A stretch of DNA of 64,000 nt from Candidatus Heimdallarchaeum aukensis (GTDB lineage: Archaea; Asgardarchaeota; Heimdallarchaeia; Heimdallarchaeales; Heimdallarchaeaceae). The stretch lies in NCBI GenBank assembly GCA_021513695.1, contig CP084166.1, positions 1,696,001 through 1,760,000 of the forward strand, written 5' to 3'. Shown here piece by piece: positions 38,282 to 46,803 of the stretch. A program made the position numbers and the translations under genes. Each line of letters begins with the position of its first letter. Positions within the stretch are counted from its first letter, which is position 1. The notes beneath the pieces were generated by a model, which had not been told where the DNA came from, searched no databases, and saw nothing but the letters and a program-made list of their open reading frames with translations.

Positions 38282-39112
38282 CTATATCTTTGAGGTTGAT
38301 TCGATCTTGAATCCTTCTTCTTCTGATGGAGATACATCCAAAACTTCACTTATATATGCAACACCCATTAATTTACTTATAGAAAATGTATCTCTTAACC
38401 TTGAACCAATTCTATCTCTTGTAAAATAGAAAATTCCTTGAGCATAATTTAAAATAATTTGTTCTGCTACAGGATTCAGAATATTTTGAGGGAGTAAAAA
38501 AAAGTGCACTCCACCTATTTTTGAAAACATCTGAATTATCTCTTTCATAAAACTAATTAATGTGTTATGATCGTCATCCAATTGATCTTCCTTTAGCCAT
38601 AGAAGGTCATCGAAAACACTAAAACAATTCTTTTTCTGTGTTTCTTTAACATGCATAATCTTTTCTATAATACGTTTAACGTATGTTCTTCTTTTTACCT
38701 CAATTCGCCCTATTTTTAATGAAGTAGTTGTGCTGCTAGCCATATCATACATATTTTCAAAGAAAAAAGATTTGTCCTTTACACTCATTATATCCCAGTT
38801 GTATGCCGTATATGATTGTTTTACAAGCTCAAATGGTTTACTACTATGCACATAAAAAACACGGTTAAGATCAGTTTTTTGAGCCCAGTTAAGAACAATA
38901 CGTTGTACAAATAACAGAGGAATTACTGAAGATGCAGGGTAAGAAACGACAATTACAGAACCAGAAGGAATACCTTGTCTTGCAGACATCTCCATACCAA
39001 GCTTTTGATCTAAAGAACGAATTCCAGTTTTAATTAATCCTGTGGAAAGTGTAGATTCAGCGCCTACTTTACCTATTCTTTCTATATTTCCTCTTGTATT
39101 GTTGAAACTCAT
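38282..39112 (-). CDS. KaiC/RecA-superfamily (COG0467-like) protein with degenerate Walker A (predicted pseudo-ATPase)
   Basis: TGIRSLDQKLGMEMSARQGIPSGSVIVVSYPASS follows the KaiC-like TGIxxLDxxLGGGxPxGSxxLxxGxPGxGKT pattern, but GKT is replaced by SYPASS. Confidence 0.55.
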   Translation of the reverse strand: MSFNNTRGNIERIGKVGAESTLSTGLIKTGIRSLDQKLGMEMSARQGIPSGSVIVVSYPASSVIPLLFVQRIVLNWAQKTDLNRVFYVHSSKPFELVKQSYTAYNWDIMSVKDKSFFFENMYDMASSTTTSLKIGRIEVKRRTYVKRIIEKIMHVKETQKKNCFSVFDDLLWLKEDQLDDDHNTLISFMKEIIQMFSKIGGVHFFLLPQNILNPVAEQIILNYAQGIFYFTRDRIGSRLRDTFSISKLMGVAYISEVLDVSPSEEEGFKIESTSKI

Positions 39113-39138
39113 CTTCTAACCCCGCATAGAGTAATTAT

Positions 39139-39666
39139 TTAGAATTCTTCTAGTTCTTTTAGTGCGAGTTCAAGATCAGATAAATACTCTTCTTGAACAG
39201 ATTCAACTTTTGGAGTTGGTTCAGCAGTTGAAACTTGTGTTGGTGTACTAACGGGTTGTTTTGCTTCTATGGGTTTTGTTTCAACATCCAATATTGCTCT
39301 GATATTTTCAGACTGTATTTTCATAGTTCGTCTAACCAAACCTAGTTGAATGCCTGCATCTGTTATAAGACAGAGTACAGAGCTACCACAACTAGCAACT
39401 AAAATAAATCCATCTTCAAATTCTGAGATAATAATATCCAAATTTTCTAGACCAACATTTGTTCCTTGTTGTTCAGAAGCTAAATATACTGCACTTGCTA
39501 TTGCTCCTAGAGCTTCTGTTTCAAACTCATCGAAAGCAAATCTTGAAGAATATGCCAGTGTCAACCCTGTTTTATCAGCTAAAATAACATGGTTTATTAA
39601 AGGATCACTTGTAATAATTTCATGGAGAATACTGTTTATCTTATCTACACCGATAATTCTTATCAC
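39139..39666 (-). CDS. Roadblock/LC7 (MglB-like) domain protein with Pro/Thr linker and acidic C-terminal helix
   Basis: LINHVILADKTGLTLAYSS...ALGAIASAVY...FEDGFILVASCGSSVLCLITDAG Roadblock fold signature. C-terminus PVSTPTQVSTAEPTPKVESVQEEYLSDLELALKELEEF. Confidence 0.7.
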   Translation of the reverse strand: MIRIIGVDKINSILHEIITSDPLINHVILADKTGLTLAYSSRFAFDEFETEALGAIASAVYLASEQQGTNVGLENLDIIISEFEDGFILVASCGSSVLCLITDAGIQLGLVRRTMKIQSENIRAILDVETKPIEAKQPVSTPTQVSTAEPTPKVESVQEEYLSDLELALKELEEF

Positions 39667-39709
39667 CTTTACTAACTAATCATAGTTATTATATACTATT
39701 AATAATTAG

Positions 39710-39717
39710 TTATATAA
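39710..39717 (-). promoter_or_regulatory. TATA-box-like TTATATAA ~44 bp upstream of the Roadblock operon start codon
   Basis: Palindromic ttatataa at 39710-39717 in the divergent intergenic region shared with tpiA. Position is compatible with an archaeal TATA at about -27 and a short leader. Confidence 0.25.
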
Positions 39718-39838
39718 GCGTTAGTCTCAGAAGAATAAAAATTTTACCAAAATAACGAGAAAGCTAGACATAAATTTAGAAAAAGCACATTTAAAATCCT
39801 AGAGCAAGATTTTTATTGGATTTACTATTGTATAATAT

Positions 39839-40519
39839 ATGAGAAAATTAGAATACCCAATCATTATTTTAAATTTTAAAAATTACAGTGAAGGAACAGG
39901 AGAAAAAGCATTAAAACTTGCAAAAATTGCAGAAGAAGTCTCAAAAAATAAAAATGTAAATATTGCTATTTGCCCTCAGACTGTCGATATTAGAATGATT
40001 TCACAAAATGTAGACTTACCTGTTTTAGCCCAACATGTGGATTCTAACAATCCAGGTAGTCATACTGGAAACAATCTAATTGATGCTATTATTGAAGCTG
40101 GTGCAGTGGGAACACTGGTCAACCACTCAGAACATCAACTAAAGATTTCAGAAATAGAAGCAATAATTGAAAAATCAAAAGAGAAAGGCTTCTTAACTTG
40201 TGTTTGTGCAAATAACATAAAAACAAGTATATCTTTAGCCGCGTTAGATCCAACTTGTTGTGCAATGGAACCTCCAGAGTTAATTGGGGGAGATGTTTCG
40301 GTTACAACAAAACCAGACTTGGTTAGAAAAACAGTAGAATCTATAAAAAATATTAATCCTAATGTAATTCCTTTAGTTGGAGCAGGAGTAAAAACAAGAG
40401 AGGATATAGAAAAAGCAATAAAATTAGGAGCTAAAGGTGTACTACTTGCTTCAGGTTTCGTTAAGGCAAAAAACCCAAAACAAGCTCTAGAAGAAATGGC
40501 AGAAGGAATTTTAAGTTGA
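39839..40519 (+). CDS. tpiA: Triosephosphate isomerase (short archaeal type)
   Basis: 226 aa. IIILNFKNY N-terminus, NHSEHQL catalytic region, AMEPPELIGG phosphate-binding loop. Confidence 0.85.
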   Translation: MRKLEYPIIILNFKNYSEGTGEKALKLAKIAEEVSKNKNVNIAICPQTVDIRMISQNVDLPVLAQHVDSNNPGSHTGNNLIDAIIEAGAVGTLVNHSEHQLKISEIEAIIEKSKEKGFLTCVCANNIKTSISLAALDPTCCAMEPPELIGGDVSVTTKPDLVRKTVESIKNINPNVIPLVGAGVKTREDIEKAIKLGAKGVLLASGFVKAKNPKQALEEMAEGILS

Positions 40520-40552
40520 TAAAAAAAGATAATATAAAAAATTCTCTTTTTT

Positions 40553-41017
40553 CTAATTTCTTTTCCACATTAATTTTCCATTTTGCTCGATTTTGCTTAA
40601 TACTCCGGCTTTCTCCATCTCTGAAAGAGTCTTTGTAAATTCTTCCTTCGATAAAGGTTGTTCTCCTTTCTTCATTCTAGAGAAAACACATGCCGTATAT
40701 AGCGCATCTTCATACATAAATTTGCTAGAGGAAAATGATTCTAGTATTAGGTTCATATTGGGAATTTTATGCTCTTTGACTACTGTTTCTACTTTTTGTA
40801 CAGATGGTGTAATTGTACTAATTTTTGAACTGAAAATATCTGTTAACAAATCTGAAAGTTTTTTTCCTGTTATGGTCTCTGAAAAACCATACAACTCAGC
40901 AAGACCAGACACTGCATGAAGGATAAAATGTTCAATAGATGTGAATTTACCCTCCTCAACTTTCTTTTCTATAAAACTATACAGTTCATCTGGTATGTTC
41001 AAGTTAAATTGTTTCAA
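40553..41017 (-). CDS. Hypothetical protein with N-terminal RHH-like and C-terminal wH-like segments
   Basis: NLNIPDELYSFIEKKVEEGKFTSIEHFILHAV then LSKEEFTKTLSEMEKAGVLSKIEQNGKL. No confident family. Confidence 0.3.
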   Translation of the reverse strand: MKQFNLNIPDELYSFIEKKVEEGKFTSIEHFILHAVSGLAELYGFSETITGKKLSDLLTDIFSSKISTITPSVQKVETVVKEHKIPNMNLILESFSSSKFMYEDALYTACVFSRMKKGEQPLSKEEFTKTLSEMEKAGVLSKIEQNGKLMWKRN

Positions 41018-41312
41018 TGTTATTACCTCATAAATTATTAGAATCTATTATTAAAAACTCTTTCGCGAGTAAAATATTTTTTGAAATAACTGTCTCTTAA
41101 TTTAAAAAAAAAGATATTTGTATCTATTTTTTAACACAATTTCCTTTTATAACTTAACAAAAATAAAAAAAAGAATATTTAGCGGCATCATCCGGCTATC
41201 TTCTATCATTCAAGGAGTCTACGCCGTCTCATTTCATTCATTTGCCAATAAAAAACTAATGTTTAACCTAATAAACTTTTACAAAACATACAAAGAGGAA
41301 AGAGTAGATAAT

Positions 41313-41480
41313 TTAACTAAATTTACGACCACGTTTATACTGTGTGAAACCACATTTCCCACAAGTCCATCTGTCTTTGTGTTCCGCCATATATGTAGCT
41401 CCACCACATCTTTCACATACTTTTTTTATTCTTACTAACTTATCTCCTTCAATTTTATAATATTTATGAGCTTGAGTCAT
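41313..41480 (-). CDS. rps27ae: 30S ribosomal protein S27ae (zinc ribbon); not in the ORF track because it is <60 aa
   Basis: Hand translation of the reverse strand: MTQAHKYYKIEGDKLVRIKKVCERCGGATYMAEHKDRWTCGKCGFTQYKRGRKFS (C..C...C..C). Directly downstream of rps24e, as in the conserved cluster. Confidence 0.75.
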   Translation of the reverse strand: MTQAHKYYKIEGDKLVRIKKVCERCGGATYMAEHKDRWTCGKCGFTQYKRGRKFS

Positions 41481-41490
41481 TTTTTCTCAC

Positions 41491-41790
41491 CTATTCTTCT
41501 TTTTCATCTTTAACTATGCCAGAACGTTTTAGCAAGTGAGGTCGCTCTACTTTTAGAGCGCGTTCTGCAGAATCGTATACATGAAATAGAGCATCTGATT
41601 GTCCAATACCATATTGAGCTTCCATTTTTATGAGAACAACTTGATTCCTTTCTTTGTTAAGTAAAGCAGCAAGTTTTGATAATACAGCATCCCTTGTAGG
41701 TACGGCTTCACCATGATGCTTAATTAATGCATAAACTTCTGTACGTTCTAGCAATTTATTGTTAATTTGTTTTTGTATTTCAATCTCCAT
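41491..41790 (-). CDS. rps24e: 30S ribosomal protein S24e
   Basis: 99 aa, ...VVLIKMEAQYGIGQSDALFHVYDSAERALKVERPHLLKR pattern of S24e. Confidence 0.8.
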   Translation of the reverse strand: MEIEIQKQINNKLLERTEVYALIKHHGEAVPTRDAVLSKLAALLNKERNQVVLIKMEAQYGIGQSDALFHVYDSAERALKVERPHLLKRSGIVKDEKEE

Positions 41791-42334
41791 TTTTTTTCAC
41801 CAGATATTTTTCTACTAATTTTTTTACAAATTGTTTTCTTTCCTCAGTAACGGATACGACTACTAGTCCTTCTTTTGGTTGCCCATATAAGACTTTTGAA
41901 TTCGTACTTACTTCAAATACTACTGGTAACACTAGTAAGTCTTCCTCTCCATCTATTTTTATAATAGTTTTGATTGAATCTAACTTTAATGCATCACGAA
42001 TTTTTTGACATGCACCTAGAGTTATCTCTCCAGGGGGATTAATTGCATCAACAATTTTATAATCATTAACTTCAATAATTGAAGTTTCCTTTCTTTCTAT
42101 TTGACCATCAATTATTATTAAGCGGGGATAGATTTTATTTTCTAACAATTTTTTTGTTGTTGCATCCCCTACAGATATTAATTCATTTTCTATATTGTTT
42201 TCTTTTATAAAATCAAAAAAAGAATTGATTTCAGAGTCTGTCTTCAACAGCTTCCCAAGTGGCTTTTTAAAAAAAGATCTATTTTTTGTTGGTAGAAAGT
42301 AATTTGTAGAAAAAAGAGAACACAACTTTTTCAC
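41780..42334 (-). CDS. DUF359/COG1909 protein (GTP-dependent dephospho-CoA kinase family) in the Spt4-S24e cluster
   Basis: LISVGDATTKKLLENKIYPRLIIIDGQIER....NPPGEITLGA motifs. Conserved position between spt4 and rps24e. Confidence 0.6.
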   Translation of the reverse strand: MKKLCSLFSTNYFLPTKNRSFFKKPLGKLLKTDSEINSFFDFIKENNIENELISVGDATTKKLLENKIYPRLIIIDGQIERKETSIIEVNDYKIVDAINPPGEITLGACQKIRDALKLDSIKTIIKIDGEEDLLVLPVVFEVSTNSKVLYGQPKEGLVVVSVTEERKQFVKKLVEKYLVKKNGD

Positions 42335-42519
42335 CGAACTCGTAGTGCATATCTTCCAGGAGTTGTAATATTCATTCTTTTCGCTATTTCGCTTCCTTCA
42401 ACGTTTAATATGAACACTTCACCAGTGTATTCTGAAGACAAATCTTGGACTCTGCAATGAGGGCAGATATTTACATTGTCTTCAACGATTATATGACATA
42501 CTCTACATGCTTTTGCCAT
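42331..42519 (-). CDS. spt4: Transcription elongation factor Spt4 / RNA polymerase subunit E''
   Basis: 62 aa. Zn ribbon CRVCHIIVED..CPHC. Confidence 0.75.
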   Translation of the reverse strand: MAKACRVCHIIVEDNVNICPHCRVQDLSSEYTGEVFILNVEGSEIAKRMNITTPGRYALRVR

Positions 42520-42524
42520 TTAAA

Positions 42525-43118
42525 TCACTTTTTTTCTTCTTCAGGTTTCTTATCGAAACTCTGTTTCCATTCTTCAATCCACTCATATGCGCCTAGAGCG
42601 TCTTGCTTCATTGTCAATCCTACCTGAATTTCTGTTTTTCTTACATTAACTGCGATTATTCGAGCTCGTACTCGTGTATTTACAACGAGATCTCTTTTAG
42701 TTTTATCTCCCCTAAGAAGGGCGTTTTTTGGAACATATCTAAAGTAATCGTCAGCTATTTGGGAAACATGACACAAAGCATCGATTGTTCCAATTCTGCA
42801 AAATGCTCCAAAATCTGTACATTCAATTACTATTCCTTCTACTATTTCATTAATTTCTGGGAGGTAAGTTAATAGATCAATGTCACATTCATAATATACA
42901 GCTCCATCATTCGGGACAATTTTCCCTCTATATACCTTATCAATTCTCGAAACTGCAACAATAATTCCTAATTCTGGATCAATCTTACCTTCAATACTTT
43001 CTCTTGCTATTTGAACAAGTACTTCCCTCAAATCTTCGCCAAAACGATTTGGAGGAACACGCAATGTTTCCCTGATTTTCGTATCATAGTAAATAAAAAT
43101 CACCCACTTTACAAACAA
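42525..43118 (-). CDS. rpoE: DNA-directed RNA polymerase subunit E' (Rpb7 homolog, S1 domain)
   Basis: YYDTKIRETLRVPPNRFGEDL N-terminal Rpb7-like fold and C-terminal S1 domain. Start codon assignment uncertain. Confidence 0.8.
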   Translation of the reverse strand: MFVKWVIFIYYDTKIRETLRVPPNRFGEDLREVLVQIARESIEGKIDPELGIIVAVSRIDKVYRGKIVPNDGAVYYECDIDLLTYLPEINEIVEGIVIECTDFGAFCRIGTIDALCHVSQIADDYFRYVPKNALLRGDKTKRDLVVNTRVRARIIAVNVRKTEIQVGLTMKQDALGAYEWIEEWKQSFDKKPEEEKK

Positions 43119-43300
43119 TCCTTCTAAAGAAGTAGTTTAGCTTTGCTTTAAAAATAAATCGCTTTTTGACTATTAAAAACAATATGAATTCTGCTGAAAG
43201 ATAAAGGCATAATCATTAAAATTTCAAAAATCTGTTTCAAATACAAAACAGTTAAAGTTAAAAACAGCATTATATTTATCGTTATGTCGAGGAATTACAG

Positions 43301-43999
43301 ATGAAGAAAAAGTTAAACTTTATTTCAATTGTAATCTTATTAACACTAGTAAATGTTTTTGTTCAACATTCAGTAGCGTATGTACCAGAGAACACCATTA
43401 TTGTCAATCAAATTGTTGACAAATATGAAGGCCCAGTTAATAGTAATATTTCAATGTCAATATCAGTAAAGAACTACATGAATTTCACTCTAACTAATAT
43501 TACTATTTCTCTTAATCTTTCTTCAAATACTGACCTTGAATCGGTAAAGTTTACCTCATGTGATTTCGGTCAACTATCAGGAGATAATGTAACACTTAAC
43601 GAAACAATATTATCTTCATCTGAGGGAATTTTCACTCCATTAAATATTACAGAGGGATACTTAACAGAAAAATATTTTGAAGTTAAAGTTGATAAAATGG
43701 AAAATGGAACAAAATTTTTAGTGAACTTAAACATAACAGCAGAAGAAGAAGGAGATTATACTATTCCCCGTGTTAAGGTTACATATTTGGACAATTGGGG
43801 AGATAAAAAGAAAACTGAATCTTCTAGAAATGTCCAATTATCATTTAAGAAAATAGAAAGTTGGTCAGAAGATGTTCCATATTGGAAAGGTGGAAAAAAA
43901 CTAACCCCTACAGTGGCTACTGTGATTTTTGCTTTAGCTCCAGTTTTAATAGCTATAGCTTCATCATACATTTTTACAATCAAAATAAGACGATACTAG
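43301..43999 (+). CDS. Predicted surface glycoprotein: signal peptide + sequon-rich ectodomain + C-terminal TM anchor
   Basis: MKKKLNFISIVILLTLVNVFVQHSVA signal. At least 8 N-x-S/T sequons. C-terminal LTPTVATVIFALAPVLIAIASSYIF. Confidence 0.5.
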   Translation: MKKKLNFISIVILLTLVNVFVQHSVAYVPENTIIVNQIVDKYEGPVNSNISMSISVKNYMNFTLTNITISLNLSSNTDLESVKFTSCDFGQLSGDNVTLNETILSSSEGIFTPLNITEGYLTEKYFEVKVDKMENGTKFLVNLNITAEEEGDYTIPRVKVTYLDNWGDKKKTESSRNVQLSFKKIESWSEDVPYWKGGKKLTPTVATVIFALAPVLIAIASSYIFTIKIRRY

Positions 44000-44161
44000 C
44001 CTTTTTTTCTCTTTTTCTTCTTAATTTGAAATAAGTGACCCAAAAATCAAGTTAATATAAAATACATACGTAAAGTTTACTTGGTCTAATTCTTTAAGAA
44101 TATTTAAAACAACTTTTTAATATAACAAAATCTTTATTTTTCCTCAAAATAACCAAAATAT

Positions 44162-44596
44162 ATGAGAAAACAACTTAAACCTCGTTCTACTATTGCAATC
44201 TATACAATGCAATATTCTTTAATTGTTATAGCTTCAATCTTTTTTATCATAGGAATTATGAGAGTAAAAGCGACTGAAACTATGGACGTTATTTCTTTGG
44301 TTTGGCTTCTTTCTGGAGCTTTTCTGTATGTTGCTTCATATATTTATGCAAAGAAAGGTGTTAAAATTATACAAACTGCTTGTCCTTATTGTTATGGAAC
44401 AGGATATATTGATATGGGTACAGGAAAAAATAAGAGACAAGAAACCTGTCCCGTCTGTCATGGGACTGGAAAAATGTTGGATAAAGCAACAATTGAACTA
44501 GAAAAAGAGAGAGAAAGAATTAAAAAAGAAAAAAAAGAGGAGAAAAAGTTACAAAACCCAGTACCCAAAGAAGAACAACAAAATAATAGCCCATGA
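44162..44596 (+). CDS. Membrane protein (2 TM) with DnaJ-type CxxCxGxG zinc-finger repeats
   Basis: CPYCYGTGYIDMGTGKNKRQETCPVCHGTGKM after two hydrophobic helices. Lys/Glu-rich tail. Confidence 0.45.
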   Translation: MRKQLKPRSTIAIYTMQYSLIVIASIFFIIGIMRVKATETMDVISLVWLLSGAFLYVASYIYAKKGVKIIQTACPYCYGTGYIDMGTGKNKRQETCPVCHGTGKMLDKATIELEKERERIKKEKKEEKKLQNPVPKEEQQNNSP

Positions 44597-45169
44597 TATC
44601 ATTAGTAGAGCATTAACAACAAACCATGTACGAGTAGCTTTTTTGTTAAGTGTATTTTTTCCTTTAATACTAAAGGGATAAAAGTGTATTAGATAAGTCC
44701 CTTTTAATTTTGAATAAAGTTCTCTTCCTGATAAACCTGTTGTTAACCAAGCCATGGCATGAGCATCATCTTTTATTTTTCCATCTTTTTCTTCTTTCCA
44801 ACTTGGAAATAGGTCCAACAACAAATGAGATGCATTACCTATCAAAAAGAAACCAAAAACAGGTAAAAGGAAGTTAGTTCTTTCCGAAACAGCAATTACA
44901 GGTAGAGTTAAGATTGCTGGTAGTATTGCTGAATGAGTAAGGAAATATCTGTGATGAAAGACTTCTTTCCAAATTATGTCAAAATCTGGGAATTCAGCTC
45001 CGATTATGCATATCAAAGCAGATATAACAATCCATAACGAATTGTCCCAACTTGCGAAAAGATCTTTTTCCACGAAATAAAGAATAATAATAGTAACAAC
45101 CCAAAAAAAGAATCCACCAATTATATGATTTTTTCTATTCATATATATATATTCTAAAAAGATATACAA
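44549..45169 (-). CDS. Membrane-bound metal-dependent hydrolase (DUF457/YdjM-like)
   Basis: Multi-TM with HHRYFLTHSAILP motif typical of DUF457. 3' end overlaps the convergent zinc-finger gene by 48 bp. Confidence 0.5.
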   Translation of the reverse strand: MYIFLEYIYMNRKNHIIGGFFFWVVTIIILYFVEKDLFASWDNSLWIVISALICIIGAEFPDFDIIWKEVFHHRYFLTHSAILPAILTLPVIAVSERTNFLLPVFGFFLIGNASHLLLDLFPSWKEEKDGKIKDDAHAMAWLTTGLSGRELYSKLKGTYLIHFYPFSIKGKNTLNKKATRTWFVVNALLMISWAIILLFFFGYWVL

Positions 45170-45266
45170 TAAGTTTTTGCATCACTTGACTTTTTCTTTT
45201 TTTACACAACAGTATTTTTCAAGTATTACATCGCTTTTTTTAAATTAAGAAAAATCGAGTGATGAG

Positions 45267-45824
45267 ATGGGAAAGGATATTGAAGTCAAATTTAGAGACT
45301 ATGAAGTGTACAAACTGAGTATCTGCGGACCAGGTCAAGCAGGAAAGACAAGTTTATGTAAAAGACTTGTACATAACAAATTTACCAAATCCTATAAAGA
45401 AACAGTGGGGGCAGAATTTTTTAGCTATAAATTTAACACAAAGAAAGGAAAAAATGTTGGCTTATTTTACGATTTTGCGGGACAACAACGATTTGTAAGT
45501 GTACGTAATGTTCTTTATCCTGGCACAGATGCTGCAGCAGTTGTATTTGATGTTACAAAAAGGGATTCTTTTCGTTCTGTTGCCCAATACATTAGAGAGT
45601 TAAGGACGAAACTTAAAGATGTTGAAATAACAATTGTTGGAAACAAAATTGATTCTAAAAAAAGAGAGATTTCATTTGAAGATGCAAAGAGAATAGCAGA
45701 AAAACTAGGTTGTAAGTACGTTGAAACCTCTGCTGCAACTGGTGAAGGATTAGGAGAATTTTTCAAAACATTAATACATTCTGCAATTTCATATAAAAAG
45801 AAAAAAATAAGTGTTGTAGAATGA
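45267..45824 (+). CDS. Ras/Rab-like small GTPase (second copy)
   Basis: G1 GPGQAGKTS, switch II YDFAGQQRF, G4 GNKID, G5 ETSAATG. 185 aa. Confidence 0.8.
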   Translation: MGKDIEVKFRDYEVYKLSICGPGQAGKTSLCKRLVHNKFTKSYKETVGAEFFSYKFNTKKGKNVGLFYDFAGQQRFVSVRNVLYPGTDAAAVVFDVTKRDSFRSVAQYIRELRTKLKDVEITIVGNKIDSKKREISFEDAKRIAEKLGCKYVETSAATGEGLGEFFKTLIHSAISYKKKKISVVE

Positions 45825-45919
45825 ACAACTACTATCACTAAAACGCTTCATAGTTTTTAATTTATCAGAAAGATTATATCTTTACACAAATACTTTTTAA
45901 ATTAAAAAATAACAAAAAT

Positions 45920-46783
45920 TTGATTACTATGAGTCATCAGATTTCAAAAGTTGCGGTTATTGGAGCAGGAACAATGGGTGCGGGTATAGCACAAGTCCTA
46001 GCTCAAAAAGGATTACAGATATCATTAGTGGATATAAAGCAAGAATTCATAGATAAAGGCATTGAAAGAATCAAAAAATTTCTAGCAAGATCTGTAGAAA
46101 AAGGCAAAATCTCTGCCGAAGAGATGGATAATACAATTTCTAATATATCTCCTTTTGTTAATATTGAAGATGCGGTAAATGGAGTCGAACTTGTTATTGA
46201 AGCAATTGTGGAAAATGAAGAAATAAAGAAGGACCTTTTTAAAAAGCTCGACGATATTTGTTCTCCTGAAGTAATATTGGCAAGTAATACATCAGCTATT
46301 AGTATTACCGCGCTGAGTGAAGTAACAAATAGACCAGATAAGGTTCTAGGATTACACTTTTTCAACCCTCCGGCAATCATGAAACTTGTAGAAATAATTA
46401 AAGGAGAAAAAACAAGTGAAGAAACTATCCAGAAAGCTATTAAGTTCTGTGAATATCTTGGAAAAACTCCGGTACCATCCAATGAGGCACCCGGATTTAT
46501 AGTAAACAGGCTGTTATGGAAATTCCTTAATGAAGCATACAAGCTACTAGAAAATGGCGTAGCATCAAAAGAAGGAATTGATCAAGCCGTGAAACTTGGA
46601 TTAAACCATCCGATGGGGCCCTTTGAACTAAGTGACTACATTGGTTTAGATGTAATGCTTAACATTGGTGATTATATTGCATCAAAGTTAGGTGACGAAT
46701 ATAAGCCGTGTGATATTTTAAGAAATCTTGTTGAGCAAGGTAAGCTAGGTCGAAAAACTGGGGAAGGTTTTTACAAATATTGA
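45920..46783 (+). CDS. hbd: 3-hydroxyacyl-CoA (3-hydroxybutyryl-CoA) dehydrogenase
   Basis: KVAVIGAGTMGAGIAQV Rossmann motif. ~285 aa with the HCDH C-terminal domain (GFIVNRLL). Confidence 0.85.
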   Translation: MITMSHQISKVAVIGAGTMGAGIAQVLAQKGLQISLVDIKQEFIDKGIERIKKFLARSVEKGKISAEEMDNTISNISPFVNIEDAVNGVELVIEAIVENEEIKKDLFKKLDDICSPEVILASNTSAISITALSEVTNRPDKVLGLHFFNPPAIMKLVEIIKGEKTSEETIQKAIKFCEYLGKTPVPSNEAPGFIVNRLLWKFLNEAYKLLENGVASKEGIDQAVKLGLNHPMGPFELSDYIGLDVMLNIGDYIASKLGDEYKPCDILRNLVEQGKLGRKTGEGFYKY

Positions 46784-46803
46784 ATTATTTCTTTTTTATT
46801 TTA

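Noticed and set aside
41175-41245. Slightly GC-richer patch (agcggcatcatccggctatc...gagtctacgccgtctc) upstream of the 154-aa gene
   Set aside because: It contains GAUGAUG-like strings, but no consistent C/D or H/ACA box arrangement, and no terminal stem could be built on either strand.
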